Shown here piece after piece: positions 1 to 10,999 of a DNA stretch of 64,000 bases (positions are counted from its first letter, which is position 1; each line of letters begins with the position of its first letter). The position numbers and the translations under genes were made by a program. Origin of the DNA: Guillardia theta CCMP2712 (taxonomy: Eukaryota; Protista; Cryptophyta); NCBI RefSeq assembly GCF_000315625.1, contig NW_005434645.1, forward strand, positions 357,925 through 421,924. Direction: 5' to 3'. Below the pieces are notes generated by a model. The model was given only the letters and a program-made list of their open reading frames with translations, was not told the origin of the DNA and made no database searches.

Positions 1-106
1 GGAGGAAGAGAAGGAAGAGGAAGAGAAAGAGGAGGAAGAGTAAGAGGAGGAAGAGGAGTGAGAGGAGAAGGAGAAAACATTATGCACAAATTGTTCAAAG
101 CATGAC

Positions 107-3100
107 TCACCTCGAAAGAAGTCTCGCGGGGAAAGAGATACCTGCAAGAGTTTGAGACGTAGGAAAGAAGATCCCTTCCGAACACTCCCTTTCACCGCCC
201 CGCTCCTCCTCCTCCTCTCCCTTCCCCTTCCCCTGCCCCTGCCACTGCCACTGCTCATCACCTTCGGACTCCTCCTGGAACGCCATCCCTCTTCGGTCGG
301 AGCATCCTGAGGAGGAAGGGGGACAAGATCTCAAGGACACGCGCGCGCCACTCGGATGGAAACTTGACTTGGAGGGAGAGGAGGAGCACCTGCAGGGAGG
401 GAGAGCGGAAGGGAGCAGCGGAGGCGAGATGGGGAGGGAGAGAGATATAGATAGTGGTACAAGAGATTGAACAAGAAGATCGCGAGGCAGGAGGAGAAGG
501 AAAGCAAGGAGGGAGGGAAGAGGAGGGGAGGGAAGAAGAGGAGGGGAGGGAAGGGGAGGGGAGGGGAGAGGAGAGGAGAGGAGAGGAGGGGAGAGGAGAG
601 GAGAGGAGGGGCGAGGGAGGAGAGTGACATAGGAGACATTCACGTGAGACGTAGTTGAGCATCAAGCGAAACTTCACCTGTGCAAACTCCTCATCTCCGT
701 ACGAGTCTTCTGCGAACTGCTGGGCTAGTGCGATGAAAAGCTCTCGCGGGTGATGCCGAGACTTGTGCTGCTGCATCTGCTGCAAGCTCTCCACTGCACG
801 AAGTCAATCCAATGAAGCTAAGAGGGAGGAGGGAAGAGGGAGGAGGGAGGCAAAGCAGAGGAGGGAGGAAGAAACAGGCAAGGATAGCATGAGGAGCAGG
901 AAGGAGGAGGCAGACCAATGTCGCAGCTCGTCAGCGTTGATGTCCAGGAGGGCGACAAGCTATCCTCCAGCTGTCTTCTCATCAAGCTGCTTGTCAGCTG
1001 GTGCATGTAGATGGCATTTCCCAGCAGGTAGACCGAGATTACATCGCAGAAGATGATCCCGTGCATGGAGAGCCGACTCGTCTCCTCCTCCTCCGCACCT
1101 CTCCCCTCTGTCTCCTTTTGCTTCCTTGTTGCTCTCTTTACGCCAACGACGATCTCACGAGGAAGAAGAGCGAGCGTTCCGAGCGTGTACACACAGGCTC
1201 TCTGCATGGTCGGCGTGAGGAGGTGGAGGTCCTGGGCCTCGTTCTTCTGCTTCTGGGCAGCATGGAGGGGTTGGAGGAGGAAGTCCGGCTGCAAAGGGAG
1301 GAAGGAAGAGCACCAGGGGTGAGCGAGGCTAAGGACGCGGAGACTGTCGCGAGTCCACAGAGCTCGGGAGAGCATGACGATCCCTTCGCCCTCCGAGCTC
1401 AGAAGGTTCAGCAGCCAGTCAGCGTAGAAGTCGAAGAGGATGCGAGGGGAAGGCGCTATTTCTTTTGAGTCCATACAGGCGAGCTGCCTCCCTACCCCTG
1501 CCATGTCTGCGTCCTTGCCCTCAGCAGCAGCAGCCACCATCACCTCGAGAGCGGGAAGGAGCAAGATCTCGTCTCCTGCGCGGACGGCAGAAGTGAGGAC
1601 CCGCGCTCCTTCGCGTACACACTCAAGTCGACTCGTCCCGTCCACATGTACATCGTCGTCTTCCAACCAGGAGGAGGGAGAAGAGAACCACGTCATGAGC
1701 TCTGTCAGGAGGAAAAGCTTCGATCGATGTGACAGGCTGAAGTCTCTTGATATCAAACTGTCTGCATCCTCCAAACATCTCTTCAGGCTGTCTCCATGCT
1801 GGGAATGAAAGGCTCGGAGGAGCTGAACTAGTCGCCTGCTCCTCTCATCTCGCTGAACCTCCTCTTGAGATAGGGTAGAGGAGAAGCGAGGAAGAGGGAG
1901 GGGACCTTGCGAGCTCCCGAAGCGAGCTGCATGCTTGACCAGGAAGTCTTGCGCGAGTGATCGCGACTTGCTCGATGCGCAATCAGGGGAGCAGGAAATC
2001 TCAACGACGAGAGCGATCGAGTTCAAGAATCTGAGACAGGAATGCATGAAGTTGTGAACTACATGCGATGTCTCTTCGTCCAACTTGTTGTTCCCGTAGC
2101 TCTGCTCGAAGACAACCGACAACAATTCTGCATGTTCGCTCCCTCCCATCTCTTGATCTCCCAACAGAGTCACAAAGGACTTGTCTGCCACATCCACTGC
2201 ATCTGCAACACAAATCTTCTCATCGCGAACGAGGCACGAGAAGTAACTTGACAGAACATGGAAGACTTGCGTAAGGAGGACGAAAAGAGAGTTCATCTCC
2301 CCACTCAGGATGCGTTCAGTCTTCAGGTTGCTGGTGGTGGTATTGTCGTTTCTGCTGGAGGGGGAAGAGGAGGAGGGAGGTCGTCGAAGGAGGAGGAGAA
2401 GGCGGTTCATTACCACCCCTCCAACCTCTTGGCAGACTTCCAGCCATGGCATGATGTGTGCCCAACTGACGCCCAGCTGGCTGGCCGCGAGAATGATTGC
2501 TTCCTCCACCACGACCAGAGAGCGGCTTGCGAGCATCGTCCTGTGACAAGACCTTCGCTTCTTCCCCTTTCCCTCCTCCTGCTCTTGCACTTCCTCCCTC
2601 AGCCATTCCAAGCAGGAGCTGGAGTCCTTTGCCCCCGCAAAGCTCCCAACGAAGGTTTGGAGGAGGATGGAAAAGTCAGCAAACGAGTCTCCCCCGATGC
2701 CGTAGGACAGGCAGACGGTCCAACAGGAAAGCGCCTCCTCCGCTATCGCACATTTCCCAGCCGTCCAAGAGATTTTCTGGCCAGAGAATGTGTGGAGGAC
2801 AGTAGCATGCTGAGTCCCAGCGGTCTCCGAAGGCAACAAGTGCTGTTTCATCAGCTCGAAGATTCCGCTCTGGAGCAGGGAAAGGCAGATCGTCCTCGAG
2901 GACTGGCAGAGCAGCCTAACTATGCGCAAGGAGAGCAGGACAACTCGGATCTGCTGCTTCTCCTCCTCTGCTCTCTTGGTGGAGCTGGAGGCGGGGAGAG
3001 CGCCGACGTGAGCATACAGCAAATCAAGCAGCCCCGGCGTGTTATGGACTTGCTCACAGCAGCCGGTAGAGTGCTGACTGAAAAGGGCAAGGAGCTGTAG

Positions 3101-4924
3101 AAGGAGAACCTGAAGATTCAGATTCTGTGCTGTTTGCATAAGCGCGACGATCTTAGGCAACGTCTGCATGTTCACCAATCCTACGATGGGGTCTGCCTGC
3201 GCGATGGATTGTTCTGCTAGCAACTGCTCTTCCTCCGCATCTGCAGACAGTGATCCGAACGATGCCTTGCTCTTGCTCGTGCTCTTGTCTTTGCTAGCAA
3301 GATTGCTCTGCGCCACCAGAGAAGCTTGACGGGCGGTCTGGGTGAAGAAAATTTCTCTCTCGCGGTACTGGATGGAGACATATTGCACTTCAAGCACATC
3401 CTTGCTCTGCAAGAAAGTCCATCCCATCCAACTGCTCCCGCTCACGCCATACTCCTCGTCCTCCCTTGCGTTCGAGCTGCCGTTCTCTTCCTCCTGCTTG
3501 AGAGAGAGAACAGACGCGATGCAGAGGTGGACAGCAGCTCGGAGAGATTCGAGCAGGTACGTCACGTTCTTGTCATCCATCCCACATCGAATCACAACTG
3601 CCGCACCGTTCTGGAGAAGATGGTGCAGGAGCAGCGAAGTTTTCACTCCTGCCTTCGCTATCCTCCTGAAGATGCTCGACAGCGTCTTCATGGCGATCGA
3701 CCGCTGCCCGGCGAAGGAGCTCCGGCACAACCGGATCAACTCTGCAACGGTGTATCCCGCCTCAGATGGCTTGTCCCCGTGATGGTGCAGCCCCTCCTGC
3801 ACTGAGATCTTCTGAGACGGGGCCATCAGGTTCCCATCGAAGTCAAACCGAAGGTCGCCGACGTCTTTAGATGCGAGCTCTTGAGCAAACCTCTTCGACC
3901 TCTCCACCTCGTCATCCCCTTCCATCGAGTCTCCCACAACCTTGTGCTCCTCGTCCTCATCCAAGTCCCCCATCCACTGCATCTTTGCAATGTCTTCTTC
4001 ACTCGGCTCAGGCAGGTTACAGAACAAACCTTCAGCCATCCCCTCCTTGACAAACTTCGGCAGCGCTGGAGCAACGGCTGCCACCTCCTTCCCTGCTTCG
4101 CTCTTGGACTGCTTCTTGCTCTCGGCTCTTCTTCGGATCATCGCCAACAGCTCAGGATCAACGCTTGCCTCGATTTCCCTGCGCATCAATGTCTTCTCCT
4201 CCTCACTCATGCCTTGCAGTATCTTCCTGCTCTCGCTCTCGATCTCCGCTGCAGACGGCAAGCCCTTGCTAGGTTCCGCAGCACCCTCTTGACTCCACCT
4301 CACACTTTTACCGGACTTGCGAGAGTCCATGCTGGGCCCCGGGTCAGCTTGCGCTGCCCTCTCCTGCACTTCAGACGTGCAGCTCTCGGCGACGGGGTGC
4401 TCAGGTTGGACGGATCGATGGCTCGCTACGATTGTTGGACGTCAGATCGGGAGTTGTGCGTACATGGAAGTCACCTATAGGATACGGTGTCGTCCGCAAT
4501 GACGGGGCAGCAGGCACGAAGTTGCTTGTGTTCTTCTCAATGATCTTCATGTCCATGACACCTCCCATGGGAGATGCCGAGGGAGCCGAGGGCTTCCTTT
4601 CATGCTCAGCAGTTCCTTCCCTTTCTTTCTGGCTCCTCCGTTGCTGCGCAAACTTCGAAAGCTTTTTGGCTGGTTCGATCTGCTCCTCCTGCTTCTTCCG
4701 TACAACAGTCGCTGCAGGTGTTCCCTGAAACCCAAGGATCGTGAGTAAGCATGGGAGGAAAGATGGAGAGAAGGGAAGGCGGGAAACGTTAGGTAAGTAA
4801 GTCATTGAGACCGCAAGTAGGCAGGCAGGCAGAGGTTCTGCGAAATCACCTTGGTCTCAAAGAACTTCTGTTGTTGTCTCAGCAGGGATTCTTCAGATGT
4901 GTCGTTGAGCATCAACTTCTTCAT
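107..4924 (-). CDS. RPAP1: RNA polymerase II-associated protein 1 (RPAP1/Rba50/MINIYO family), multi-exon; 3' end may run off the window
   Basis: The long exon (ORF 818-4369) holds an RPAP1_N-like motif (EIESESRKILQGMSEEEKTLMRREIEASVDPELLAMIRRR) and an RPAP1_C-like motif (LRFDFDG...GLHHHGDKPSEAGYTVAELIRLCRSSFAGQRSIAMKTL). Upstream exons MKKLMLNDTSEESLLRQQQKFFETK and GTPAATVVRK join through GT-AG introns. Confidence 0.9.
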
Positions 4925-5422
4925 GACGCTGGAGGGAGCTATTGTCTTCCCCACCTGTCGAGCCATCATCAAACACCATGCACTTTCCTGTGCTTCTCCC
5001 CGTACCGGCTTCATCATCAGCGCTTTCCTCCTTATTGCCGCCTGATGAATCCATGACACTCAGTCTGGTGATCGGACGATCAGAGGGTACCCAAGCTCAC
5101 CTGTCTCCATCCACCCATCTCCTCCTGCTCCTCCTCTTCCTCCTCCTCCTCTCCATCATCCACCTCTTGCTGCATGTTTCGCTCAGTGGACATGCGCCCG
5201 AACTTTCTGAACTGCCCTCATCCCCGCTCCTTTCCAAAATTGCTAGTCCGTTACCTGACGTTATGGCGACTGCCAATAGTACCCCCCTGAGGCCGTACTT
5301 TAGCTCACCAGGAACCCCCTTTACCTCCACCCTTGAAATACACGATATAACCACGGGTGAAGGTACTATTTTTGTCCACCCCACCTATCTCGACTTGTCA
5401 ACTTGTAATGACAGTTTGGAAA

Positions 5423-6468
5423 ATGCAGCCCGGAGCGATTAGCAAGAAGGGGGAGGGCGCCACTTCGCGCGGCTCTGACGAGGAGAGAAGGAAAGGAGAG
5501 GAAGACCGAAGTAGCCATGGAGCCAGAAGTATGCTCTCAACCGCTTCTCAGGCTCGGAGCTGTCAAAGTGACAGCACTGCGTCTGCGTTTGCCAGCTTAT
5601 CTGGTCTGAGCAATGGAGAGCTCTTCAGGAGGTTGACGATGTCGAGAGGTTCCTCAAGCTTGTCCAGAAACTCCAGACGCTCTTATCCTGCCTCTCTCCC
5701 CATCTCCTGTAAATCTTCTCGCCCCGACACCGCAAGTTCCACCTTCAGCGCGAGCGATGACTTCGACGACGCTGAGCTTGAGCTTTGGTTACGCATGAAG
5801 CAACTCAAGAGGTTTGCGATTGGACTCAAGAGTGTTGGAGTGGAACATCTAGATGATGTCGCAAAGGTTTGTCCTCCACTTCCACCTCTGACCCTTTCTC
5901 CTTCTGACTTTTGACTGGCAAGCTGACGACGGTTGATCTTGGGGACCTTGGAACCAGGTTCGAGTGGACGTTGGATGAGGTTCTACACTTGGCAGAGTAG
6001 GAGGTCAGTGACGGAAGCATCTCAAACTGACCAGCATGATGCAGGAACGTCAGAGATCTCAGCATCAATCGCCTCGTGCGCAGGCGGGAGGTCTACCATC
6101 CTGAGAGTCGGGCGGGGGATGTAGCAGCGAGAGAGCAGAGTACCCCTCAGATCTTGGAGCTGGAGGCAGACGAGATGTCGAGGCCGGGGACTCGCTTCAT
6201 CCCGCAAAGACATGGTCTCTGTCCCCGACTGCGCCTCCCACGCGCAAGAATCGCAGAGCCAAAGCAGAGGACTGAGCGAACGGCTCCACCGTTGCTGCGC
6301 AAAGATCAGCTCACGTATCGAAGTCAGGAGGAGCCGCGGTCTCAGCCTCAGGGGCCCAGTGCCTCCAGCAGATCCCGCAGGCTGCAGAAGTTGAAGGACA
6401 TGAAGGACGCCAAGGTGAACAAGGAGATTCGAGATTGGGCCAAGAGATGCGAAAGAGCTCTACAGTGA
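5423..6468 (+). CDS. Hypothetical Ser/Arg-rich protein with a probable SAM domain (spliced)
   Basis: ELWLRMKQLKRFAIGLKSVGVEHLDDVAK, continuing after an intron as LTTVDLGDLG, resembles a SAM domain. The last exon (ORF 6076-6468) ends in a helical basic tail. Start codon uncertain. Confidence 0.5.
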
Positions 6469-6732
6469 GGTCTATCTTGTGAAAGCGTATCGAAGTCAGG
6501 AGGAGACGCCGTCTGAGCCTCAGGGGTCCAGCGTTCTCCAGCATGTATGGTATGAGAGTGAAAATGTTGTCCTATGAAAGGTGATTCACAAGGCCTCGGG
6601 ATCCAAAACTATAACCCGCGATGCTCGAAGAATGTGTACCAAGTCGTGAGCATAATAAGCATACACTTATCGGCATTCACTTCGTGAAAGATAGTTCTCT
6701 TTATCGGTCTGTGTATCTCACGACTAGAAGAT

Positions 6733-8679
6733 CTATGTCGGGGGCTTCGGATTGTAGGGAAATGGGGGAGGGCGGGGGCGCAGCGTCCCTTGATTCGTAT
6801 CATCGTTGAGCTGTACAGGAGGTGCCATGGCAGGAGGAAGCTTCGGCGCATCTTTGGGAGGCGGGCAGGGAGCAACATTCTGCTGCCCTCGTGGTACGAA
6901 CGCTTCCACACGTTCAACACGATCTGGAGCAGGAAGTTGTTGGGTTGCATCCTTGGGAACCGCTCCTCCTGAGCTCTGAGTGGGAGCGGCCTTGGCTTGC
7001 TTTCCTTCTGTCGCAGAGCTAGAAAACCATGAGAACAATCCTCTTCCTCCCTTCTTTGCATCTCCGGCTTTGGAGGGCACCGGAGGCTCTGCCGCTGGCT
7101 GGGGCTTAGCTGGCTTCTCCCACTGCGTCAGTCCGAGGTCCTTGTTGTAGAAGTAAGTTCGTCCTGAGCGGTAGTCCAACGCTGATTTCCACCCTAGAGG
7201 AAGGTCGTCTATATCCGCTGCTGCCGTAGGCTTGCCGGCCATGGCAGTTATGGACTGGCCGGCTGGGGCCGCGGCCTGACCTGCTGGGGCCGCGGCCTGA
7301 CCTGCTGGGGCCGCGGCTGTCTGACCTGGAGGAGCCGCGGGCTGACCTGCTGGGGCCGCAGCTGTCTGACCTGGAGGAGCCGCGGGCTGACCTGCTGGGG
7401 CCGCGGGCTGACCTGGAGGAGCCGCGGGCTGACCTGCTGGGGCCGCGGCCTGACCTGGAGGAGCCGCGGCCTGACCTGCTGGGGCCGCGGCTGTCTGACC
7501 TGGAGGAGCCGCGGCCTGACCTGCTGGGGCCGCGGCTGTCTGACCTGGAGGAGCCGCGGGCTGACCTGCTGGGGCCGCGGCCTGACCTGGAGGAGCCGCG
7601 GCCTGACCTGCTGGGGCCGCGGCCTGACCTGGAGGAGCCGCGGCCTGACCTGCTGGGGCCGCGGCTGTCTGACCTGGAGGAGCCGCGGGCTGACCTGCTG
7701 GGGCCCCGGCCTGACCTGGAGGAGCCACGGCCTGACCTGCTGGGGCCGCAACTTGACCTGGAGGAGCCGCGGCCTGACCTGCTGGGGCCGCGGCTGTCTG
7801 ACCTGGAGGAGCCGCGGGCTGACCTGCTGGGGCCGCGGCATGACCTGGAGGAGCCACGGCCTGACCTGCTGGGGCCGCGGCCTGACCTGTCGGATTTACC
7901 TGGCTAGCTGCCACTGTATCACTTTGCAAGGCACTGAAAACGTGCTGCGGGATGGAGGCCGGCTTCGGAGGAAGTCCAGCAGGTCGAGGAGTCGTAGGGG
8001 GCTGAGGAACAAGGGGGGTCGACGATTTCTTGGCTTCTTCAGGGCTCTTGACAAGGTCGTCGAATCCTTCAGGTGCCTGTGCACGGGCAGCTGTAGCCTG
8101 CGCAAAAGTTGCTGGCTTCATCGGTGGGGGAGGAGGCTTTCTCCGGGGAGGGGAAGGCTTCGTGATGTTGCTCAATGCTTCTGAGATCTTGGATGTGTCA
8201 AAGTCAGGCAGCTTGTCTGGCATCATATCTGAGACGTCGAAGCCAGCAGTTTGGTTTTGTCCATTGCCAGCATCTCTCGGTTCAAGCACACTTCCTGGGT
8301 GAACTCCAGGCTGCGGATCTGCGATCGCTTGCTGAAGCTTTCGTTCCTGCCGGGCAGCTCAGACAACATCAGCATCCCGGTCAAGCAGCTTTTACCTGAT
8401 CCAGCTCCACGTACGCTTGTAGCGTGCTGTTCCTGTCGGATAGGCCTATTTTGCGAAGCGAGTCAACCAAAGATTGTACAGACTCCTCTCGCTCCCGGGT
8501 AATATTTGAAAGATAGTCAGCGAGAAACCTGCGTGTGCGAGTGAGACTGTGGACTTGAACAGAAATCCTCGCCTGTAGCCGTTGAGCCTCGCAAGCTTGC
8601 TAGGAGTCTTCCCCATGTCGTTCTCTCGCTCAGGGTCGCTACCAGCCTCTAGCAACACTTCCACCTGCAGGCAGCTCAG

Positions 8680-8726
<47 letters not shown>

Positions 8727-9872
8727 ACTCTCAAGGCCTCACCGTCTCCTTGTGCCCCCTCTGAGCAGCATAGTGCAGCGCCGTCCATCTATGGATAGCA
8801 ATGAGCACGCGTCATGGCTCTTGCGATTTCACTTCACCTTAGGGGAACTGACGTTGAGTTGATCGATGAGCCAAGGCCCAAGAGCTTGAGTTACATGAAT
8901 CAGCCCTCAACCCTCAACTTTCTCCGCCTCAAACACGTTTCTTACCGCCCTGACCGACTCTGTCTTGCCGTGATAGGCTGCCATGTGAAGAGCGTTTCTT
9001 CCAAACAGCTCAGGGTTTCCTGCCGAAACATTCGCTCCCAGCTCAACACACTGCAATGAAGTTACAAACAAACAAGCACATGCGTTCTGCTGATGTGAGC
9101 AAACAACACAGACGTCTGCAAGAGAACCACATGACATGACCACGGCGAGATTCTACCTTCTCTATTCCAGCGATGTCCCCAGTGCAGGCACAGTCCCAGA
9201 GCATTTGATTCGCCTTCAATTGCTTCCTGTTCAGGATTTCCTCCAAGACTTTGAGCTTTTCTTCTGCTTCGCTTCTATGCTGGATCAGACCACGCACGAT
9301 CTGTCTTGCCTGTTCGGATGCGAAAGGAGCGTCAACAACGCGAGACACGTGGCAACTGACTTCACCTCCTCTACGTCCTTCAAATACTCCTTCAAATCAA
9401 GGATTTCTGAATATTTCTGCATCGACGACGCGTTTGTCTCGGTCGAGTTTGTCGCGTTGATGTCGCTCGTCGCATTCTGCCCGTCCAACACCGAGATGTC
9501 GCCCTCCTCGATGATTCGCTTTAGTGTCTTGATGTCGTAGGCAGTGACATCTTCCTCTGGCATCTCCTCGGTCAAGGTCTCATTTTCTCTTTGGTTGTCA
9601 TCGTGGATCTCATGGATGAGGTCTGTTTCATTCCCTCCCGCCTGCAGCTCTGTCTCCATCTTCTCGATCTCTTGGAATCGCTCCGCTTGCTGCACAAGCT
9701 GCTGCAGTTCTTCGTATGAAGTGAGTTCTCTGGGGGCAGGCCCGTGCTCTTGTCCTCCCCTCAGCCTGAGTCCCGATGTTCCCCAGACCCGCAGGCACTC
9801 TCGACATGATATCTCCGTGGACGAACACCACAGCAAAGTAGCCACAAGGATCAGCGACCTCATCCTTGACAT
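6733..9872 (-). CDS. Ankyrin-repeat, Pro/Ala/Gln-repeat and WW-domain protein with a signal peptide and LRLRGG leader
   Basis: Leader MSRMRSLILVATLLWCSS...GLRLRGG; ankyrin motifs GRNALHMAAYHGKTESVR, WTALHYAAQRGHKET and GKTPSKLARLNGYRFLADYL (after splicing); WW domain LPLGWKSALDYRSGRTYFYNKDLGLTQWEKP. Confidence 0.8.
7258..7888. repeat. Coding minisatellite of 21/24-bp units (GQAAAPA / GQPAAPP / GQTAAAPA)
   Basis: Tandem ctgacctg(ctggggc|gaggagc)cgcgg units with no spacers, in frame in ORF 6733-8289. Confidence 0.95.
8680..8727. repeat. Intronic (GCAG)n microsatellite
   Basis: Run of gcag units within an intron of the ankyrin/WW gene. Confidence 0.9.
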
Positions 9873-10126
9873 TCTCGTCTCGTTCTTGGCCGACAGCCGC
9901 AGGTTACGAACAATACAACATGCCATGTCTAGCATGCTCTCTCCCTCTCCCTCTCCTCTCCCCTTCCTCTCCTCGCCTCTCCTCTGCCACCTTCTCCTCT
10001 CCTCCCCCCTTCCCCTTCGCCATCCCGCTGGCCTCCTACTAGTTCCTGCGACCGCGACACCGGGAGACCTGAATGGCACTAAAGTAGCCTTGAGGATACG
10101 TGTAAACTGTTTCGTGTTATAAAGGA

Positions 10127-10753
10127 ATGGCGTCCTCCCTGATACTGCTGTGTATCGCCGCCAGCGCTCCATGCTCGTCCTGCTTCCTTCCCATCCTCCA
10201 TTCTTCGCACCTTCCATCTCAGCTGCCACACACGGCTCCGCGGCTCTCCTCGCAACCCCGCCACCTGCCCTCGCTCCCGAGACCTCAGCACGGGAAAACC
10301 TCGCTGCGGATGCAGGAAAATGGAGTAGTCTCAGATTACCAGAGACTCAGCAAGGAGCCCGTCATGCTGCTGGGCGATGTCGCTGTTTTCCTTGTGTTTG
10401 CTGCGATAGGAAGAGGCTCTCACGGCTCCTCTGACGGCAACGTGCTCCTCACCGCCGCGCCATTCATCTTGCCTTGGTTTGCGCTCTCCCCGGCATTGGG
10501 TGCATACAGGCGGGTCAGTAGCAGGATCGACGCTGTCAAGGGCGTCATACCGGCGGCAGCTCTTGCTGCGCCAGCAGGCTGTGCCCTTAGAGGAGCACTA
10601 CAGGATCACATGCCTGCATTGCCGTTCTGGATCATCTCGTTGGCTTCGATCTCAGTGATAATGAGCGCATGGAGGGTCATTCATTTTCAAGTGCAAGAAA
10701 CAGCGTCGACTTTGGATGGCTTCGTAGAGGCGATCACGGAGGACGTCGACTAG
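10127..10753 (+). CDS. DUF3054-like membrane protein, probably plastid-targeted; intronless
   Basis: LLGDVAVFLVFAAIGRGSHG...TAAPFILPWFALSPALGAY matches the DUF3054 pattern. The N-terminus MASSLILLCIAASAPCSSC-FLP looks like a signal peptide followed by a Phe-initiated transit peptide. Confidence 0.75.
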   Translation: MASSLILLCIAASAPCSSCFLPILHSSHLPSQLPHTAPRLSSQPRHLPSLPRPQHGKTSLRMQENGVVSDYQRLSKEPVMLLGDVAVFLVFAAIGRGSHGSSDGNVLLTAAPFILPWFALSPALGAYRRVSSRIDAVKGVIPAAALAAPAGCALRGALQDHMPALPFWIISLASISVIMSAWRVIHFQVQETASTLDGFVEAITEDVD

Positions 10754-10999
10754 AAAGGCAGGATGTTTGAATGTGATTGAAACCAGGGACGTGCCTTTAG
10801 AACCTGATGTTGATAAGGTGGTTTCATTCACACAAGATCTTCAAGTCAAACGAAGTGAACTCGAATGTTTCTTGCGAGTCATCTGCCAGCACGAATTTCA
10901 TGCAGAGCTGATGGTAAAGAAGACAAATATCAGCAATGTCAAAAGTAGAGTTATCGCACTCACATCGACGCAGAGCTTTCCCAAACCCGCAGGTGCCTG

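Noticed and set aside
7258-7888. CRISPR-like regular array
   Set aside because: No unique spacers or cas genes; it is an in-frame coding minisatellite in a eukaryotic gene.
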